Part shown: in pieces, positions 25,083-37,875 of the stretch
How the letters are laid out: each line of letters opens with the position of its first letter
How positions within the stretch are numbered: the first letter of the stretch is position 1
Assembly (NCBI GenBank): GCA_964187785.1
Contig: OZ076416.1
Location: 54,250,001-54,314,000, forward strand
DNA length: 64,000 nucleotides
From: Amphiscolops sp. MND2022
Lineage: Eukaryota
Direction: 5' to 3'
Made by a program: the position numbers and the translations under genes
Notes under the pieces: model-generated
The model's input: only the letters and a program-made list of their open reading frames with translations
What the model was told of the DNA's origin: nothing
Database searches by the model: none

Positions 25083-26684
25083 TGAGAGAAAACTCTGTAT
25101 GTGTTGTTATCAAACTTTTGACTGATATATTTACAATGGTTTGGCATTGTGTTCTGTATGTATTGCCCTTCATTCTTTGTGTTTCCCTTTTTTTTTGTTG
25201 GAGTTATACTCTCACCAGATGCTTGAAGATTTGTGTGAAGGCACTACATGTGTTGTTTTACACGTTTTTGCTCTGTACTTAGTATGCTGTTGTTATCGTT
25301 ACGTTTGTTTGGACTCTGTCCTTTCTTGGCTTAGTAGCTCGGGTAGAATTTACATGTTGCCTGTATTATACTAATTTTTTAGCCTAATTTGCATGTAAAC
25401 TTAGATAGCTGGTCTCAAAATGTTGGAGCGATAGGCTCAGCTTTGCAAGTCGTTCAAGTTCTAGTAGAGTAGTCGCCTAGGTAACTACCATTGAAAAGCT
25501 CTCACTTACCAAGTGCCATCCTCGTGTCGGCGTTGTTCATGATTATAGCGTACATATGACAGAGGTGGAAACTTGGTGGGTGGGTGGAGTCGCTCAACTC
25601 CTACAGATGATTTGAACTTTTGAGTAGCGGCTTTTATAGTGCTCTAGTTGGTTGTTTGACAGGTGTTTACTAACTTAGGTGTCATTCTAATCTGTCAGTT
25701 CATGTCGAGTTTTACATGTATTCATTTCTCATGTAGCGTTATTCTTGACGTCGTCATCGTTGATGTGTGTCATGCGACGTCATCACTCGTGTCGTGTGTC
25801 ATGTGTTAACGTCAATCTTAATAGTAGATGGGTTTCCCCATAGCCATTAAACTTTTTGACAAGGGGTGGTGAGTACCATCCCTTGTTACGAATCTTCGGT
25901 GATGTAGTGAATAAGACTGCATGTTTTTTGTTGTTCTGTCCTTCCTGCCGCGAGGCGAAGCCTACGAATCAACAGTAAGAACAAAAGTATCATCACCTGA
26001 ATTCGATGTAGAGGTGACGACTGCATTTTACTGTCCTAGGAAAAGTTTTATATGTTGTTCATTGGATTGGGAAGTTTATTTGCCGTCGCAAAAACCCATA
26101 CAAAACTAACACCGAATCCACTTGCTAAAGAGCAAGCTTCATCTGAATGTTTGTACAACCACACAGACGCGCATTTGACGACGCACCCACACAGCCGAAC
26201 CACATCATGATTTCCTGGGCGGAAGTGCGGGACTAGATTTTGGCGGCGTAACTTAACTGAGGCAGCTATCTCTTTTGCATGTTCGGTTGTGTGTTATCAC
26301 TTTTGCTAAATTAGTTTATTTCTGTCGCAATAAAGTAGGTAAGAACAGAATTGCAAAGCAATGCCTTTGAAAGCGTGTGGTTGGGGTTTTCTGTGAATTG
26401 CATGAATTAGTAGCTCGTTTGGATGTGTTTTACATGTACTTGATAATTTCCGGTTGATGTGATGTGGTGTGTATGACTGCATTGCATGTAGTTACTTTTG
26501 CGCTTAGCTGTCTCGGTAGAGAGTAACACTATACTCTGCCGGTAAACTCAAGTATGTCGGACAGTGAGTATCAGTCGTCACTGAATGGCGTAAATTAAAC
26601 TAGGTAATTTAAAGGTATGATTGATGCATGTGGTGATGTAGACTACATTGAATTTCATGAAAAATAAATTTTAACGGAATCCAA

Positions 26685-29600
26685 CTAAAACTCTGTGGAT
26701 TTGCGTTGCATGAATTTTACTAGTGCTGGTTTTGCATGTAGCTCGTGAACGAGGAAGTTATTGTATGTTTTTGGTACAGGCGCTTCTCTAAGGCTATATC
26801 TGGTAACATTGTTTCGCGTGATTGGTTCGGGTGCTCCAGGTGAGGATGTGGTTGGTCCTACATCATTGTTGATCGGCAAATTCATTTCTTCAGGCAGACT
26901 TTCAGATTCAGCTTTTTCAGTGTTGTTTGTGTGAACGGTATCTCGTAATGGCTCGGGCATAGGTGGAATCTCGTACATTTGTTCCTGTTCATACGAGATA
27001 ATACCAAATTGTACGTCGGTCATGTCGGATTGTTTGTCAGGGTGAACTATATCGGGTAGAGCGTTCGGCAGAGGTGGAACCTCGTGCATTTGTTTGCGTT
27101 CGTGATAGATTGTTCCGTGTTCTCTATCGACACTCTCAAATTCATTAGTGTCGGTTTCAGTTGTGTTTACAGCCGGAGTTAGTATATCGGGTGCAGGCAA
27201 GTTTTCGTTAAAAATGGTTTGGTCGTCGGTAGCGTCTGGATCACTATAGTGTTTTTTCGCATCGTCATCTATGTCGCCAATGGGGTCGTGTGGTACGAAT
27301 GGGCGAAGCCGCATTCTATGTACACACTGTGTTCGGAATGTACCCACCTTTCTAATGATGTAGTTTGAATGTGATAGGACTTTGACTACCTTGTAGGGAC
27401 CTTCCCATTTAAAGGAGTTGAAGGGAATTTTGTCAGAATGTGTTGCAATTTTAGGATTCAATAGGAAAGCAAAGTGGTTTACTTTCAGTGGCGATGCTTG
27501 CGCTTTTCGGTCGTAGTACGCCTTGTATTTGTGGAAAGCCTTGATGATGTTGGCGTGTGTCTCCTTAAACTTTGTATTCTGGTTGTCCACTAATGTTTTT
27601 GTGTCAACAGTGTTTCGTGGTAGATTCAGAGGGTTGCTAAATTTCAGGTCTAGAGCGTTGTATGGCACTCGGCCGTGGAAGACTTCAGTTGGAGAACACT
27701 TTAAGGACTGATGATAAGTTGTGTTATGCGCCATAACTGCAAGGTTAACATATCGGTCCCACTGGGGACGGTCCGCAGAGACGTTTATTTTCAGAATCTG
27801 TTTTAAACGTTGGTGTGACCTTTCGACCATCCCAATAGATTGGGCGTGTTTGATTGTCGCGTGTGAGACCTTGATTCCGGCTCTGTTCATTAATTCGGTT
27901 ATAACTTGTGAAGTGAAAGCAGAGCCTTTATCGGTGATAATGTGCTTCGGTATGTACGCATGCTTTGTGAAAATGTCTAGCAGAGCATCAACGACGGATT
28001 TCGTATCAGGTTTGCGGATCGGGATAGCAAACAGGTAACGTGAAAAATAATCACAAGCCGTCAGGATGTGTGAGTACCCATTAGATCGCGGTAACTCACC
28101 TACGAGATCAATTTCAAGGATGTCTTCAGGGCCGTTGCAGGGGTCGTATATTGGTTCAAGTGGAGGTACTAGAGTATTAGGTTTCGCAGGTTTTGCTTTG
28201 ATACATTCTTGACAATTGTTTACAAACTCTTGCACTTTTTCAGTTAGGTTTGGGATGTAGTACCGTTTCCTTAGTTCACTTAACATTTTGGAAGCGCCAG
28301 GGTGTCCCTGCATGGGGTCGCCATGCATCGTCCTGATTGTGGCTTCAGTAGTTTCTGGAGGAACTACAATTTGTCGGTAAGCTAGGTGTCCAACGTCGTC
28401 AAAAAACTGTCTGTACAAGACGTTGTTAACCACTTCAAGTCTTTAAAGGTTCTTGAACGATTTTTGGAAAAAGGTACTTTCAAAGTTCACGTGGTTAGGA
28501 GGTGTTTCTTGGACAGTAAGGATCCTAATTACACGTTGTACGTCACTACTTTCGCCTTGAGCCTTAACAATTTCTGAAGCCCCCGAAGGGCATACCTGAT
28601 TTACCATGTGGACCTGGTCCCATCGGTGAAATCGGGTGAAGAGAAGAGTTGGGTCAGAGGGCGTCACAAATGGTTGTATCTGGGACCTGATCTCCTCGAT
28701 ACGTCTGTCGTATTGGTCGTTACTTTCACGCTGTTGTTGCGGGAACATTGTCATCAGTGTTTGGATTGTCTGGTTCGGTGACGTGGCGACATCTGGTACA
28801 TCATGATCGTCAGGGATGTACTCTTCCTCGTCATCGTCTTGCTTGGGCGTCTTGGATGCCAGGTCGATTTCCACCTTGAAGACCGGTATCTCATCGTGTA
28901 ACTTGAGGTGGATCCTGTCTGCTGGGTCGATATCGATCCTCGATAGGTAATCGGCAGCTGGGTTCTCGACGCCGGGGACGTGGGCTAAGACGAAGTCGAG
29001 TTGGAGTGCTTGATCGCAGTAGTTCCACAACTTGGGTGGTATCCGCTTTGACTGGAAGAATCTTGTGAGGGCTCTGTTGTCTGTCATGACAATGGTTGGT
29101 TTCTTCACACCCCACAAGATATGAGCAAACTCGTCGAAGGCGAAGTGCATAGCCAGGAACTCCTTCGCGTACATCGTGAGTGACATCTGGCCCTCAGTGA
29201 ACCTTTGTGAACCAAACGCCACTGGAGCATATGACCTCGTCGGACCTTCGCTAGTTTCAGTGTAATCTTCTATCAAGAGGACACAACCGGCTGCGTGCTC
29301 ACTGGCGTCGCACATGATCACCAATTGCTTGTCAGGAAGTGGTAACCTCAATGACATCTTAGCAGCGTTTGCCAAATTTTCGTTGATGTCAAATATTGCG
29401 TCTTTGTGGGCTTGCGTGAGTTGAAATTTTACGTCCTTTTGCAACAACTTGTATAGGGGCACTAACTTTTCGGCTAGTCTCGGTATGTACTGCCGGTAGA
29501 ATTGTACAAATCCAATGTACCGCTGAAGTGATTTCACTGACGTCGGCAGTTTGATGTTTTTCAGGAAGTCGTCAATCTTCTTCTCGATGGGCCCGATGCC

Positions 29601-31701
29601 TTTACTGGTAATGCTTCTGCCAAGGAATTCGATTTCGGGGTGACCAAATGCACACTTCGACATCGAAAGTTTGAGACCTGCTTGTCTGACTTTGGTGAAC
29701 ACGGCCTCTATGTTGTCGACTAATTCTTCAACAGTGCTGGCTGCCGATTTCGTCAACGTACTGCGCACACTTGTCAGCTTTGACCAGAGGGTCCAAGTAC
29801 TCTCGAACAGTACTATTGAAAGCTGACAGGGACCGGTTCAATCCTTGGGCCAGTCTGAGGAAGGCGAACGTCCTGCTCCCAAAGTTGAATGCAAGCAACT
29901 GAATTGATTGCTCGTCTGCCATCTGCAAGCAGTGATACGCTTGCGAACAATCCAGTTTGCAGAAGTATCGCTTCCCAGCCATATGTTGTGCTGCATCGGC
30001 CATCGTCGTCACTGGATGGTTATGCTGGTTATAGTCATTCTTCAACAGGTGATTGATCCTCCTAAGGTCTACGAGTATTCTCAGTTTTCCATTCGGTTTA
30101 CGCTGGGCGAAGATGGGTGATGAGTACTTGCTGTACGGTAATGTTGTGATTATGCCGTACTCTGGCATCAACGCCAGTTCAACTAGGAGGTCGTCTTTCA
30201 AGTTCGTCGGTGTAGGCATACTTTGTGCATAGACTGGCTCGTCGTGTTTAGGAGTCAACTTTATCTTGAATTCGGTGTTGATTCCAATATCCAGTCTATG
30301 CCTGGCGAAGATGTCATGGTACTTAACCAATAGGGCCTCAACTTGCTGCTTTTCGTGCGGGCTCAGTATTGATTGTTCCCACTGAAAGTTTGCCAGGAAT
30401 TCGTGTCGTTGCTCTTCGCTCGTCGTCGGATCAAGTTTCTCCTGTTCCCTGAGTTTGATGATCTCCTCATAGATTCGTTTCTCAATCTTGTTCAGTTTTG
30501 ATGGGTCGTCACACGTCTCAGGGGTAGGGTACCATCGTCTGTCTGATTTGGCAGTAGGGTCCTGGAAAATCTGGTTCAGTACAGCTTCAGCTTCGTCTGG
30601 GTACTGTGAGATCAGATTCAGTTGATGGTCGGTCATCGGCTGCAGATTGGTTGCTTGCTTCTGCGTCAATATTTTGAAGGATGCTACAGCCGTGCCCACC
30701 TTGATCGGTATCTGATAATCTAGTGGATTGGTAATCTGGACATGAGTCCGGCCCTCCTGGGTTTCGCTGAGAGCTGGCGACACCAGTAGGTTCGTGCGTC
30801 GTTCAAATGCAGGTAATCCTTCGACTGTCCCGGTGATGTCGCCTAGATCACGTTCAATCACCACTGGAGTGAACACTTGTTGGTTTGGTTGAAGCACTAT
30901 CTTCTGGGTGGTCTTCAGTTCTAGTAGTTTATTTTTGAATCTGCCGTTGACTGATCGCAATTGGAGTGTGATGTCCGGGAAATTGACGATGTTGTTGGCG
31001 AGGTCTAGGGTGACTGAGTACTTTTTAAAGAACGACATTCCTATGAGGATGTTCCCCATCGTCGGGACGACCATGAACGTTTCCTCGAAGATTTTGCCGC
31101 CAATAAAAAATCGTAGAAGGACTTGTTTCCTCACAGGTACAATATTGCCATTGGCGATTTGTACCTTGAACTCTGGAGCAGGGAGTTCTTCAAGGAGGGC
31201 TGCTGGGTGAGCCGTGAGGATTCGACGGAGTTCAGCTTCAGAGGGGGCGCTCTGGATTGCGCGGGTGTCGAGTAGACCGAAGTTCTCGTATGCACGGAAT
31301 TGAAGTGGTACATAGAGCATCCTGTTTTTTCTGTTCAGTTGAAGAGTGGCACTCAGCTGACGTATTCCATACTTCGGCTTTCTTGGTGATTTTGGTGATT
31401 TGGCGGATGTGGTTGTTGTATCAGCGTTTGTTTGGTTAGGGGCTGCGTCATTGGTGGGAGGCTGATTTATGTTGTTGACTTCACTTCTTGGTTTCGTCTC
31501 TTTTGGTTTAATGGAGTAATTATCAGTCGAATGTTGGGTGATGACAAAGTTTGTAGTCTCTTTAGTGTAAGTTGAAGGACGGGACTGCCACCCCGTGTTG
31601 TTTCCAGTATGTAGTCGAGTCTGGGTCATAGTTTGTTGTCGTTGATTTAGTACCGCACTTTTGTATGATTGTGGAGGATGACGTGGCTCTACAAGTTTTT
31701 T
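26685..31701 (-). pseudogene. pol: Element 1 pol (protease, RT, RNase H, integrase), disrupted
   Basis: ORFs 29728-31629, 28443-29768 and 26685-28433. LLDTRA replaces DTGA; YVDE plus an apparent 5-bp deletion near 29745; in-frame TAA at 28443-28445. Integrase H-x3-H...CQEC, EIDLV, TDKGSAF, VERSH and GPY are present. Confidence 0.95.
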
Positions 31702-33212
31702 GGGTCTTCTACGTAATCGTGCCTCTCCGTTTCTTGGACATGATCAGTTTCATCGTTGGTGGCGTGGGACAGTTCGTTCGCGTTGTAGACCCTGTTGTTA
31801 GTTTGTCTGAAGTCGCGGCGGAACTGCTTGTTTTCTTCGGTCGACTGCTTAGAATACGGGACGCTTCTATAGGCTGACGTCGTCGTATTTCTGCAGTAGC
31901 AGTCTCGGGCGGAGTGTCCCACTTTGCCACATATTTGGCACACCAACTTGGGGTTGTATTTAGGTTTGACGTCCTGGGTGTTGGTGGGTTGAGCTGGTTG
32001 TTGTTGGTTGTGGCTGTTTTTGTTTTGCGCTTCCTCCCTGATTCGCTTACGGCATTCGGCCCACTTGTGGCCTGTGATTCCACAGTGGCGGCATTGTCCG
32101 TCGAATTTTCGTTTCGTCTCCCGGTTTTGGGGTGGTTGGGAGTTCGATGACTGAGGTTCTGCTGCATTGTGTTGTGGAGCGCTGATCTGGTTGAATGGTT
32201 GTGGCGTTGTATTTGGTATGAGCTGGGCGTATTGGCATCGTCGTTGAACAAATGTCCGTATTTCTTCCATGGACGCATCGTGTTTCCCAGCCATAGCCAA
32301 TTCGTTCTGCATCTGGACGGGCAATTTAGCGAACAGAAAGGTTTCCGTTATGTCGCTCGATTTATCTCCAAATGCTTGTTTCGCCACTTTTTTGAATTTG
32401 TTCAAAAAGTCGTTGAACGTCTCAGCTGTCGGATCGTAGCGCATTTGATCGAATTTGTATTTCGCTACTTCCTTCAGATCTTCTTTCGCGTATTCTTTCT
32501 TGAAGTAGCGGAGGACTTGGGTGAGTGTGGTCTGGCTCGTCATCTTCAGTGATTGCCAGAACTCGATGGCGTCGACTCGCAGTAAACTCTGGAAATATGT
32601 GAGTTTCTGCTCTTCAGACAGCTTGTGCTGGTGCGGTCTGAGGTGATTAAGTAGCAAGTGTTCGAATTCGTTATATTTCTCCCGGTTTCCTCTGAAGAGC
32701 GGGACTTGTGTGTGCAGGATTTTGGGATGCTGCACTGTATCCGTCATTGTGTCTCGTAGATGGTGAATTTCACTGACAATGTCGTCGAACTGGCTGGCGG
32801 GTGGCTGAGGGTATCTGGAGGTTGATTGTTGTGTTGGGTGTGGGTTCGCCAGGAGGTTGGTCTGAGGGACTCCTGTCACCATGTCGGAACGTGCACTAGT
32901 CTTATCGATAACTGTATTTTGATCGTTCCCTTCTCCATGACTGGAGGATAACTTTTCCGTTAAAGCTAATACTAGTCCAGTAAGCTCATTAATTTGTCTA
33001 TTCATACTCGAGAAACGTTGGTCAAAAGTCATTTGATCGGAGTGTTGTTCAGAATGAATGAGGTTTTCATTATCTAATTCATCAATTTGTTCTCTTGTGA
33101 GGAGGTCGGGAATACTGCATTCACTTTCGGAATCACTAACACGGTCATTTCTACTTGTTTTACCCATGAATACTGGGATGGAACTTCTTGCGTGAGATCG
33201 CGTATTTACCAT
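31689..33212 (-). CDS. gag: Element 1 Gag (507 aa) with two CCHC zinc knuckles; the first 110 codons lie in the 5' LTR
   Basis: CRHCGITGHKWAEC and CQICGKVGHSARDC; capsid-like region similar to element 2 gag (F.G..EK...FE, F.SLLR..A). Confidence 0.93.
   Translation of the reverse strand: MVNTRSHARSSIPVFMGKTSRNDRVSDSESECSIPDLLTREQIDELDNENLIHSEQHSDQMTFDQRFSSMNRQINELTGLVLALTEKLSSSHGEGNDQNTVIDKTSARSDMVTGVPQTNLLANPHPTQQSTSRYPQPPASQFDDIVSEIHHLRDTMTDTVQHPKILHTQVPLFRGNREKYNEFEHLLLNHLRPHQHKLSEEQKLTYFQSLLRVDAIEFWQSLKMTSQTTLTQVLRYFKKEYAKEDLKEVAKYKFDQMRYDPTAETFNDFLNKFKKVAKQAFGDKSSDITETFLFAKLPVQMQNELAMAGKHDASMEEIRTFVQRRCQYAQLIPNTTPQPFNQISAPQHNAAEPQSSNSQPPQNRETKRKFDGQCRHCGITGHKWAECRKRIREEAQNKNSHNQQQPAQPTNTQDVKPKYNPKLVCQICGKVGHSARDCYCRNTTTSAYRSVPYSKQSTEENKQFRRDFRQTNNRVYNANELSHATNDETDHVQETERHDYVEDPKNL
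31695..31701 (-). other. -1 ribosomal frameshift heptamer A AAA AAC (gag/pol)
   Basis: CCA AAA AAC TTG TAG at the gag end; the -1 frame (CTT GTA GAG CCA...) is open into pol. Confidence 0.8.
32870..32881 (-). other. Primer binding site TGGTGACAGGAG
   Basis: Directly follows the 5' LTR, begins TGG (complement of tRNA CCA), and is identical to the element 2 PBS. Confidence 0.85.
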
Positions 33213-34080
33213 TTTGTATAAAGAAACTGGAGTTTGTTGAAAGAATTTGAATTGAGATTTTAAGGTTGAATTTAAGTTTGAAGAGAAGGATTAAAATCTT
33301 TCGCAATGATGTGGTAAGCAACTGAGCGTCAAGTTATACCAAAAATTAATGGCTGTCTTTTTGCACCTCTTACCAATTTCGCGATGTTGGTCAGGTGACA
33401 ACGTCACGTGACTGTATCGACCAATAGCACTGCACTACTAATGAGGTGTTAATTGCGACATACTGGTGGTTTGTACCATTTGAGGCTTTACGATGATGTT
33501 GCGTTGCCATCGCATAATGTTTGTTAATTTTACTACACTAATTGAAATGAGTAATAATTGACTATAATGGTGGTATATTACCATCGTTACATGTAAATGT
33601 TTAATTTAGAAAGCACTGTGATGTGGTTATATCACCAACATCACCTACATATGGAATGAAATATGTTTATGTTACTAGCGCTATATGATTGAGTAATGAA
33701 ATGAAGTGGTTGAGTAACCAGCATAGCCTGGTTTAACTAATGGAGAAATGAATGAAATAGTTACTTTAACAATGGTTCTGACGATAGTATATCAACTACA
33801 TTACGTGATGCACTTTAGGAATGGGTTGGGAAAGGTCATGTTAAGAGTGTATGATTATAATAAAAATGAGATTGGGTTGTTATGTGAAGACATGTAAATA
33901 ATGTACACATGATATAATTGAAGAGTTTTAGTTTTTTGGTTTTAGTGATGCCGTGTATATAACTACATTCTTTTCCCCATTTGCATTTCGGCGCGTATTG
34001 TCGGTTCATGCTTCATCTTTTACTGATGTTGTTTAGTTGAGAGCATCGTTGTTCAGTATTATCATGCGTCCGGCATGACA
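32882..34080 (-). repeat. Element 1 5' LTR (1199 bp)
   Basis: Direct repeat of 18647-19850; reads TGTCATG...CCGACA on the minus strand. Confidence 0.97.
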
Positions 34081-34928
34081 CTAATGGTGATTGTAGCTTA
34101 AAGCGAAATATTACAGAGCTCCACCGCGGTCTATGTTGTAAAGAACCTCATCTTTGAGAGCCACGATGGGCTTCACTCGAAGTTTTCGATTTTGAAAGTA
34201 TTTTTGTTGATTGCCTTCGCCATTCACTTGCCACGAATAGTCAAAATTTGAACTTTTGATGGAACAAAGCTTTTACTACGTCAAAAATTCCAGCCTTCCT
34301 GGCCAAAAGTGTTATCAGGAGCAAATCTCTGATGTTCGAATGGACATCAAAGTATCCCAAGGACAACAAGACGGGATTGTCTACAAGCTCTAAGTCTCAT
34401 TGAAGTGCTCAAAGTTTCTTGTAAGAAATTTTTCTTATTTTGAAAGTGAGAAAAACATTTGAAGTGAAGACCTGAGACTCTCAAAAATGTTTTAATGGAA
34501 GCATCAGAAAATACCTGAATTGAAGAAAACAGTTTCTTCGAAAAAAAGTCAAACAGCGCCAAAGTACTCCAAGATGTGACCGTTGAGGTAGACTTAAAAA
34601 GACTTTTTCGGAAGTCAAAAGACGAGAAAAATGAAAAATAGAAAAAATATCAAGGAAAACTACACAGTGCCAAAAAACCCAAAAGGGGACCCTTTTACCA
34701 CGTCAAGGGTTTGCAATCAGAACAGAACAGAACAGTTTATTCAATTGGATATTTGAAAGTACATAAAGAATCAAAGAAACAGAAAAAAAAATTCATCGAA
34801 ACTATATATATATATATCCAATTAGGACGCAAAATGAGTATTACTACTCTTCTAAGTTTGCGCCCTTGAGAACCAAACATGTGCCTCACTTAATTTCATT
34901 TTTTCTTAGAAAAACAAATTGAATAGAT

Positions 34929-37727
34929 CTAATAGATCTTGTTATCAACTATATATAACTTTGTCAATGTCACGATATAGTTCTTGACAGTTATTGCCGG
35001 CAGATCTTTCAGGTTCATAGGGATGAGTTTCAGTTCCATTAACCAGTTATGTGCTATGCGTAGCGAGTTTGTCAGAGATTTACGCTTTAAAGTAGTTCTA
35101 CAGTAAATAGATGACAGTAGTTGTTTTCTTCTGAACCTAGTTAAGTGTATATTTTCGGGCATACTTCCAAGATTCAAAAGCTGTGACGGTGATTCCAATC
35201 TTATTTGCTTAAACAGTTCTTTTATCAGTTCCACAAGAAACAGCTCAAAAACAGTGAGAACACCTTCTTTTGTAAAGATTTCACTTAGTGAATCCGTCCT
35301 TTGCATGAAAAAGATTGCCCTCAGGATTCGTCGTTGCGCCTTTTCAATTTTTACTAAGTTTGTTTTTGCAGCAGAGCCATATACAAGTATACCGTACATA
35401 ATTATTGATTTAGCAAACGAATTGTAGAACAAGAGTAAACAATTTTTCGGATAGAGATGACGAACACGATAGAGAAATCCACAAAATATATTGAGTTTTT
35501 TTACAACATAATCGATGTGATCTCTAAACTTCAAATTTTTGTCTATGTACACTCCTAGATACTTACATGCATTTTTGTACTCAACTTGTTGTCCATCAAT
35601 TTCAACTTTCTCTGGTTTTCCTAAGCCGAAACAGATGCTCTCGCATTTGTCTATGTTAACAGTTAATTTATTGGAACAGAACCATTTAAACATACAGTCA
35701 ACATCTTTTCTAATTAAATTATCAACTCGTTTTCCTGCTTTAATTACAGTTGTATCGTCAGCAAACATTGCTAATTGACTGTTTTCAACACATTTATCGA
35801 TGTCATTGATATAAATGAGAAAGAGAAGCGGACCTAAAACTGAACCCTGTGGAACCCCGGTACTTAACAAATTTACTTGGCTTTCCATTCCGTTAATTAT
35901 GGTATATTGTCTTCTTCCATGGAGATAACTTTCAAGAATTTGCAATACTTTTCCTCTGAAGCCATATTTTTCAATTTTATCTAGCAATATGCTGTGATCA
36001 AGTGTATCAAACGCTTTTTTAAGGTCAATGAAACAAGCTTGGCCGGTTGACTTTTTGTCAATTTCATCTCTCATATACTCAGTGACTGAGATAATTGCAT
36101 TAATACAGGACATTTTTTCTCTGAAACCAAACTGCTTTGATGACAGTATTTCATTTTTTTTGCAGAAGACTACCATTCGTTCGAACAAAAGATGCTCGTA
36201 AACTTTAGAAAGAGAACTTAGTAGGCTAATTGGTCTATAGTTTTCAGGATTCGAATAATCACCTTTTTTGTATAAAGGTATTACTTTCGCCAATTTTAAA
36301 GACGATGGGAATACACCTTGATCTATTGATTTATTAAAAATGTCAACTAAAAAAGGCTCGACTATTGGCGAGCAACATTTTAGAATTTCGTTGCTTATTC
36401 CATCGTGACCGGCACTTTTCTTGTTCTTAAGTTTTCTCAGAACCTTCGAAACTTCATCTTCGTTGGTATGTGATAGTACCATTGTTCTCTTAATTCGCTC
36501 AATTTTACATTTACGTTTTTGAATCGGTATTTCAGATGATAATGCCGGACCGATTGAAGTGAAATAATTGTTCAATATTTCTGAACTTGGTGTCTGTGGA
36601 ATGCTACGTTCTTGTCGTTTTTGTTGCTTCAATGTGTTGTAAATTGTCTTTGGAGTTGGTTGGTGACCTAGTCTCTTCAGATTAGCATCACGTTTTGCTG
36701 CTCGTATTTTTTGTGTCACTTCATTCCGTTGTTTTCTATAGGCTGAACGATTAGTCTCATTGGGATCATTAATCCATTTTTGAAATAGTTTGTCCCGTTT
36801 CGTAATAGCTCTCTTTATTTGATTCGTGATCCATTCAGTAGGTCGCTTGTTTTGCGCAATGTTCTTTTCCGGAGCAAACTTTTCAATACACTCCATTATT
36901 GTTTTCGCTAACAATTCAACTTTGTGATTTATGTCAATTTCATCAGGTATTCGCTGTAGTTTATTCAGCAGGAGGAATAAGAAGTTCGGCGCCTTTTCAC
37001 CTTTGATTTCCCTTAAATTGCGGTATTTAGTTACTGCTGTTAAATTTTGAGGCAATACTGAGGAACCTCTAAGTAAAATATCTGCAGTAACTGTGTAATG
37101 ATCGCTGATTGTGGTGGGTATAGTGTTCGTTTTTAAAAAGCTTGAAGTTATCATATGATCAAGACAGCTTCTTGAATAAGGGGTAACTCTCGTCGGCAGT
37201 GTATTTTGAATTTCAAAATCATATGCAGCCAAAAGATTCTCATATTGTTTTTTTTCAGCGCTTTCTTTCAGTGTGTCAATGTTAAAGTCACCGAAGATCA
37301 ATGTGTCGACCCTCTGGCTTTTCAAAAAGGATAGGATGTTTTCGAATTCCTCAAAGAAGTAATTTAGGTTGACACTGTCAGGTCTGTATATTAGACAAAA
37401 ATTCATTGTATTCAAGTCATCAAACTGGACTTCGAACAGCGAGCACTCTAACTTATTTTCGTTTTTCAGCGGTTTGTTTTTTACTGAGTTTTCGAAATAG
37501 AAAGCGACTCCTCCTGATCGTCGCTTACATTCAGTTCTCGCAAAAGACCTAATGGGTTGATAGCCTTGCAAATCGTATTGATCCATATCATCATTTCCAC
37601 CTATCGATGTTTCTTTTAATAGAATTATTTTTGGTTTTTTTTGCAAGGTGTTAATCATGACATTTAGCTCATCAAGATGCAGCTTTAAAGATCTTATATT
37701 CATTCCTAACACTACTTCATGTTTCAT
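34929..37727 (-). CDS. LINE ORF2: apurinic endonuclease plus reverse transcriptase (CR1/L2 group), 932 aa
   Basis: APE motifs MNIRSL, YRP, GDFNID, LDHM and SDH; RT motifs YRPISLL, DLKKAFD, GVPQGSVLGPLLFLIYIND, FADD and YLGV; uninterrupted frame. Confidence 0.95.
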   Translation of the reverse strand: MKHEVVLGMNIRSLKLHLDELNVMINTLQKKPKIILLKETSIGGNDDMDQYDLQGYQPIRSFARTECKRRSGGVAFYFENSVKNKPLKNENKLECSLFEVQFDDLNTMNFCLIYRPDSVNLNYFFEEFENILSFLKSQRVDTLIFGDFNIDTLKESAEKKQYENLLAAYDFEIQNTLPTRVTPYSRSCLDHMITSSFLKTNTIPTTISDHYTVTADILLRGSSVLPQNLTAVTKYRNLREIKGEKAPNFLFLLLNKLQRIPDEIDINHKVELLAKTIMECIEKFAPEKNIAQNKRPTEWITNQIKRAITKRDKLFQKWINDPNETNRSAYRKQRNEVTQKIRAAKRDANLKRLGHQPTPKTIYNTLKQQKRQERSIPQTPSSEILNNYFTSIGPALSSEIPIQKRKCKIERIKRTMVLSHTNEDEVSKVLRKLKNKKSAGHDGISNEILKCCSPIVEPFLVDIFNKSIDQGVFPSSLKLAKVIPLYKKGDYSNPENYRPISLLSSLSKVYEHLLFERMVVFCKKNEILSSKQFGFREKMSCINAIISVTEYMRDEIDKKSTGQACFIDLKKAFDTLDHSILLDKIEKYGFRGKVLQILESYLHGRRQYTIINGMESQVNLLSTGVPQGSVLGPLLFLIYINDIDKCVENSQLAMFADDTTVIKAGKRVDNLIRKDVDCMFKWFCSNKLTVNIDKCESICFGLGKPEKVEIDGQQVEYKNACKYLGVYIDKNLKFRDHIDYVVKKLNIFCGFLYRVRHLYPKNCLLLFYNSFAKSIIMYGILVYGSAAKTNLVKIEKAQRRILRAIFFMQRTDSLSEIFTKEGVLTVFELFLVELIKELFKQIRLESPSQLLNLGSMPENIHLTRFRRKQLLSSIYCRTTLKRKSLTNSLRIAHNWLMELKLIPMNLKDLPAITVKNYIVTLTKLYIVDNKIY

Positions 37728-37875
37728 TGGCGCAATGATTTGGTTCTCAAAACAAAAAGAGTTTGTTGCGTTTTTCCGAGAAGATTTGCAGTCAAACTTT
37801 GTTTTTAATTTTTTGGTGTTGTCGTTGAACCGTTTTCTTATTTTGTTTTTTTGTTAGTTCAAGTTTGACCGCAAA

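Larger units (their letters stand above)
18647..34080 (-). mobile_element. Element 1: full-length 15434-bp Ty3/Gypsy LTR retrotransposon with antisense cargo gene; pol defective
   Basis: Two ~1.2-kb LTRs with TGTC...GACA termini, TSD CTAAT (18642-18646 and 34081-34085), PBS, gag with two CCHC knuckles, and domain order PR-RT-RNaseH-IN. Confidence 0.97.

Noticed and set aside
25082-25374. Cys/Leu/Val-rich small ORFs after the antisense gene
   Set aside because: They are translations of TG-rich 3' UTR-like sequence with no motifs.
31709-32278. 189-aa alternative-frame ORF overlapping gag
   Set aside because: Low-complexity Thr/Asn/Pro composition is explained by gag codon bias, and there is no counterpart in element 2.
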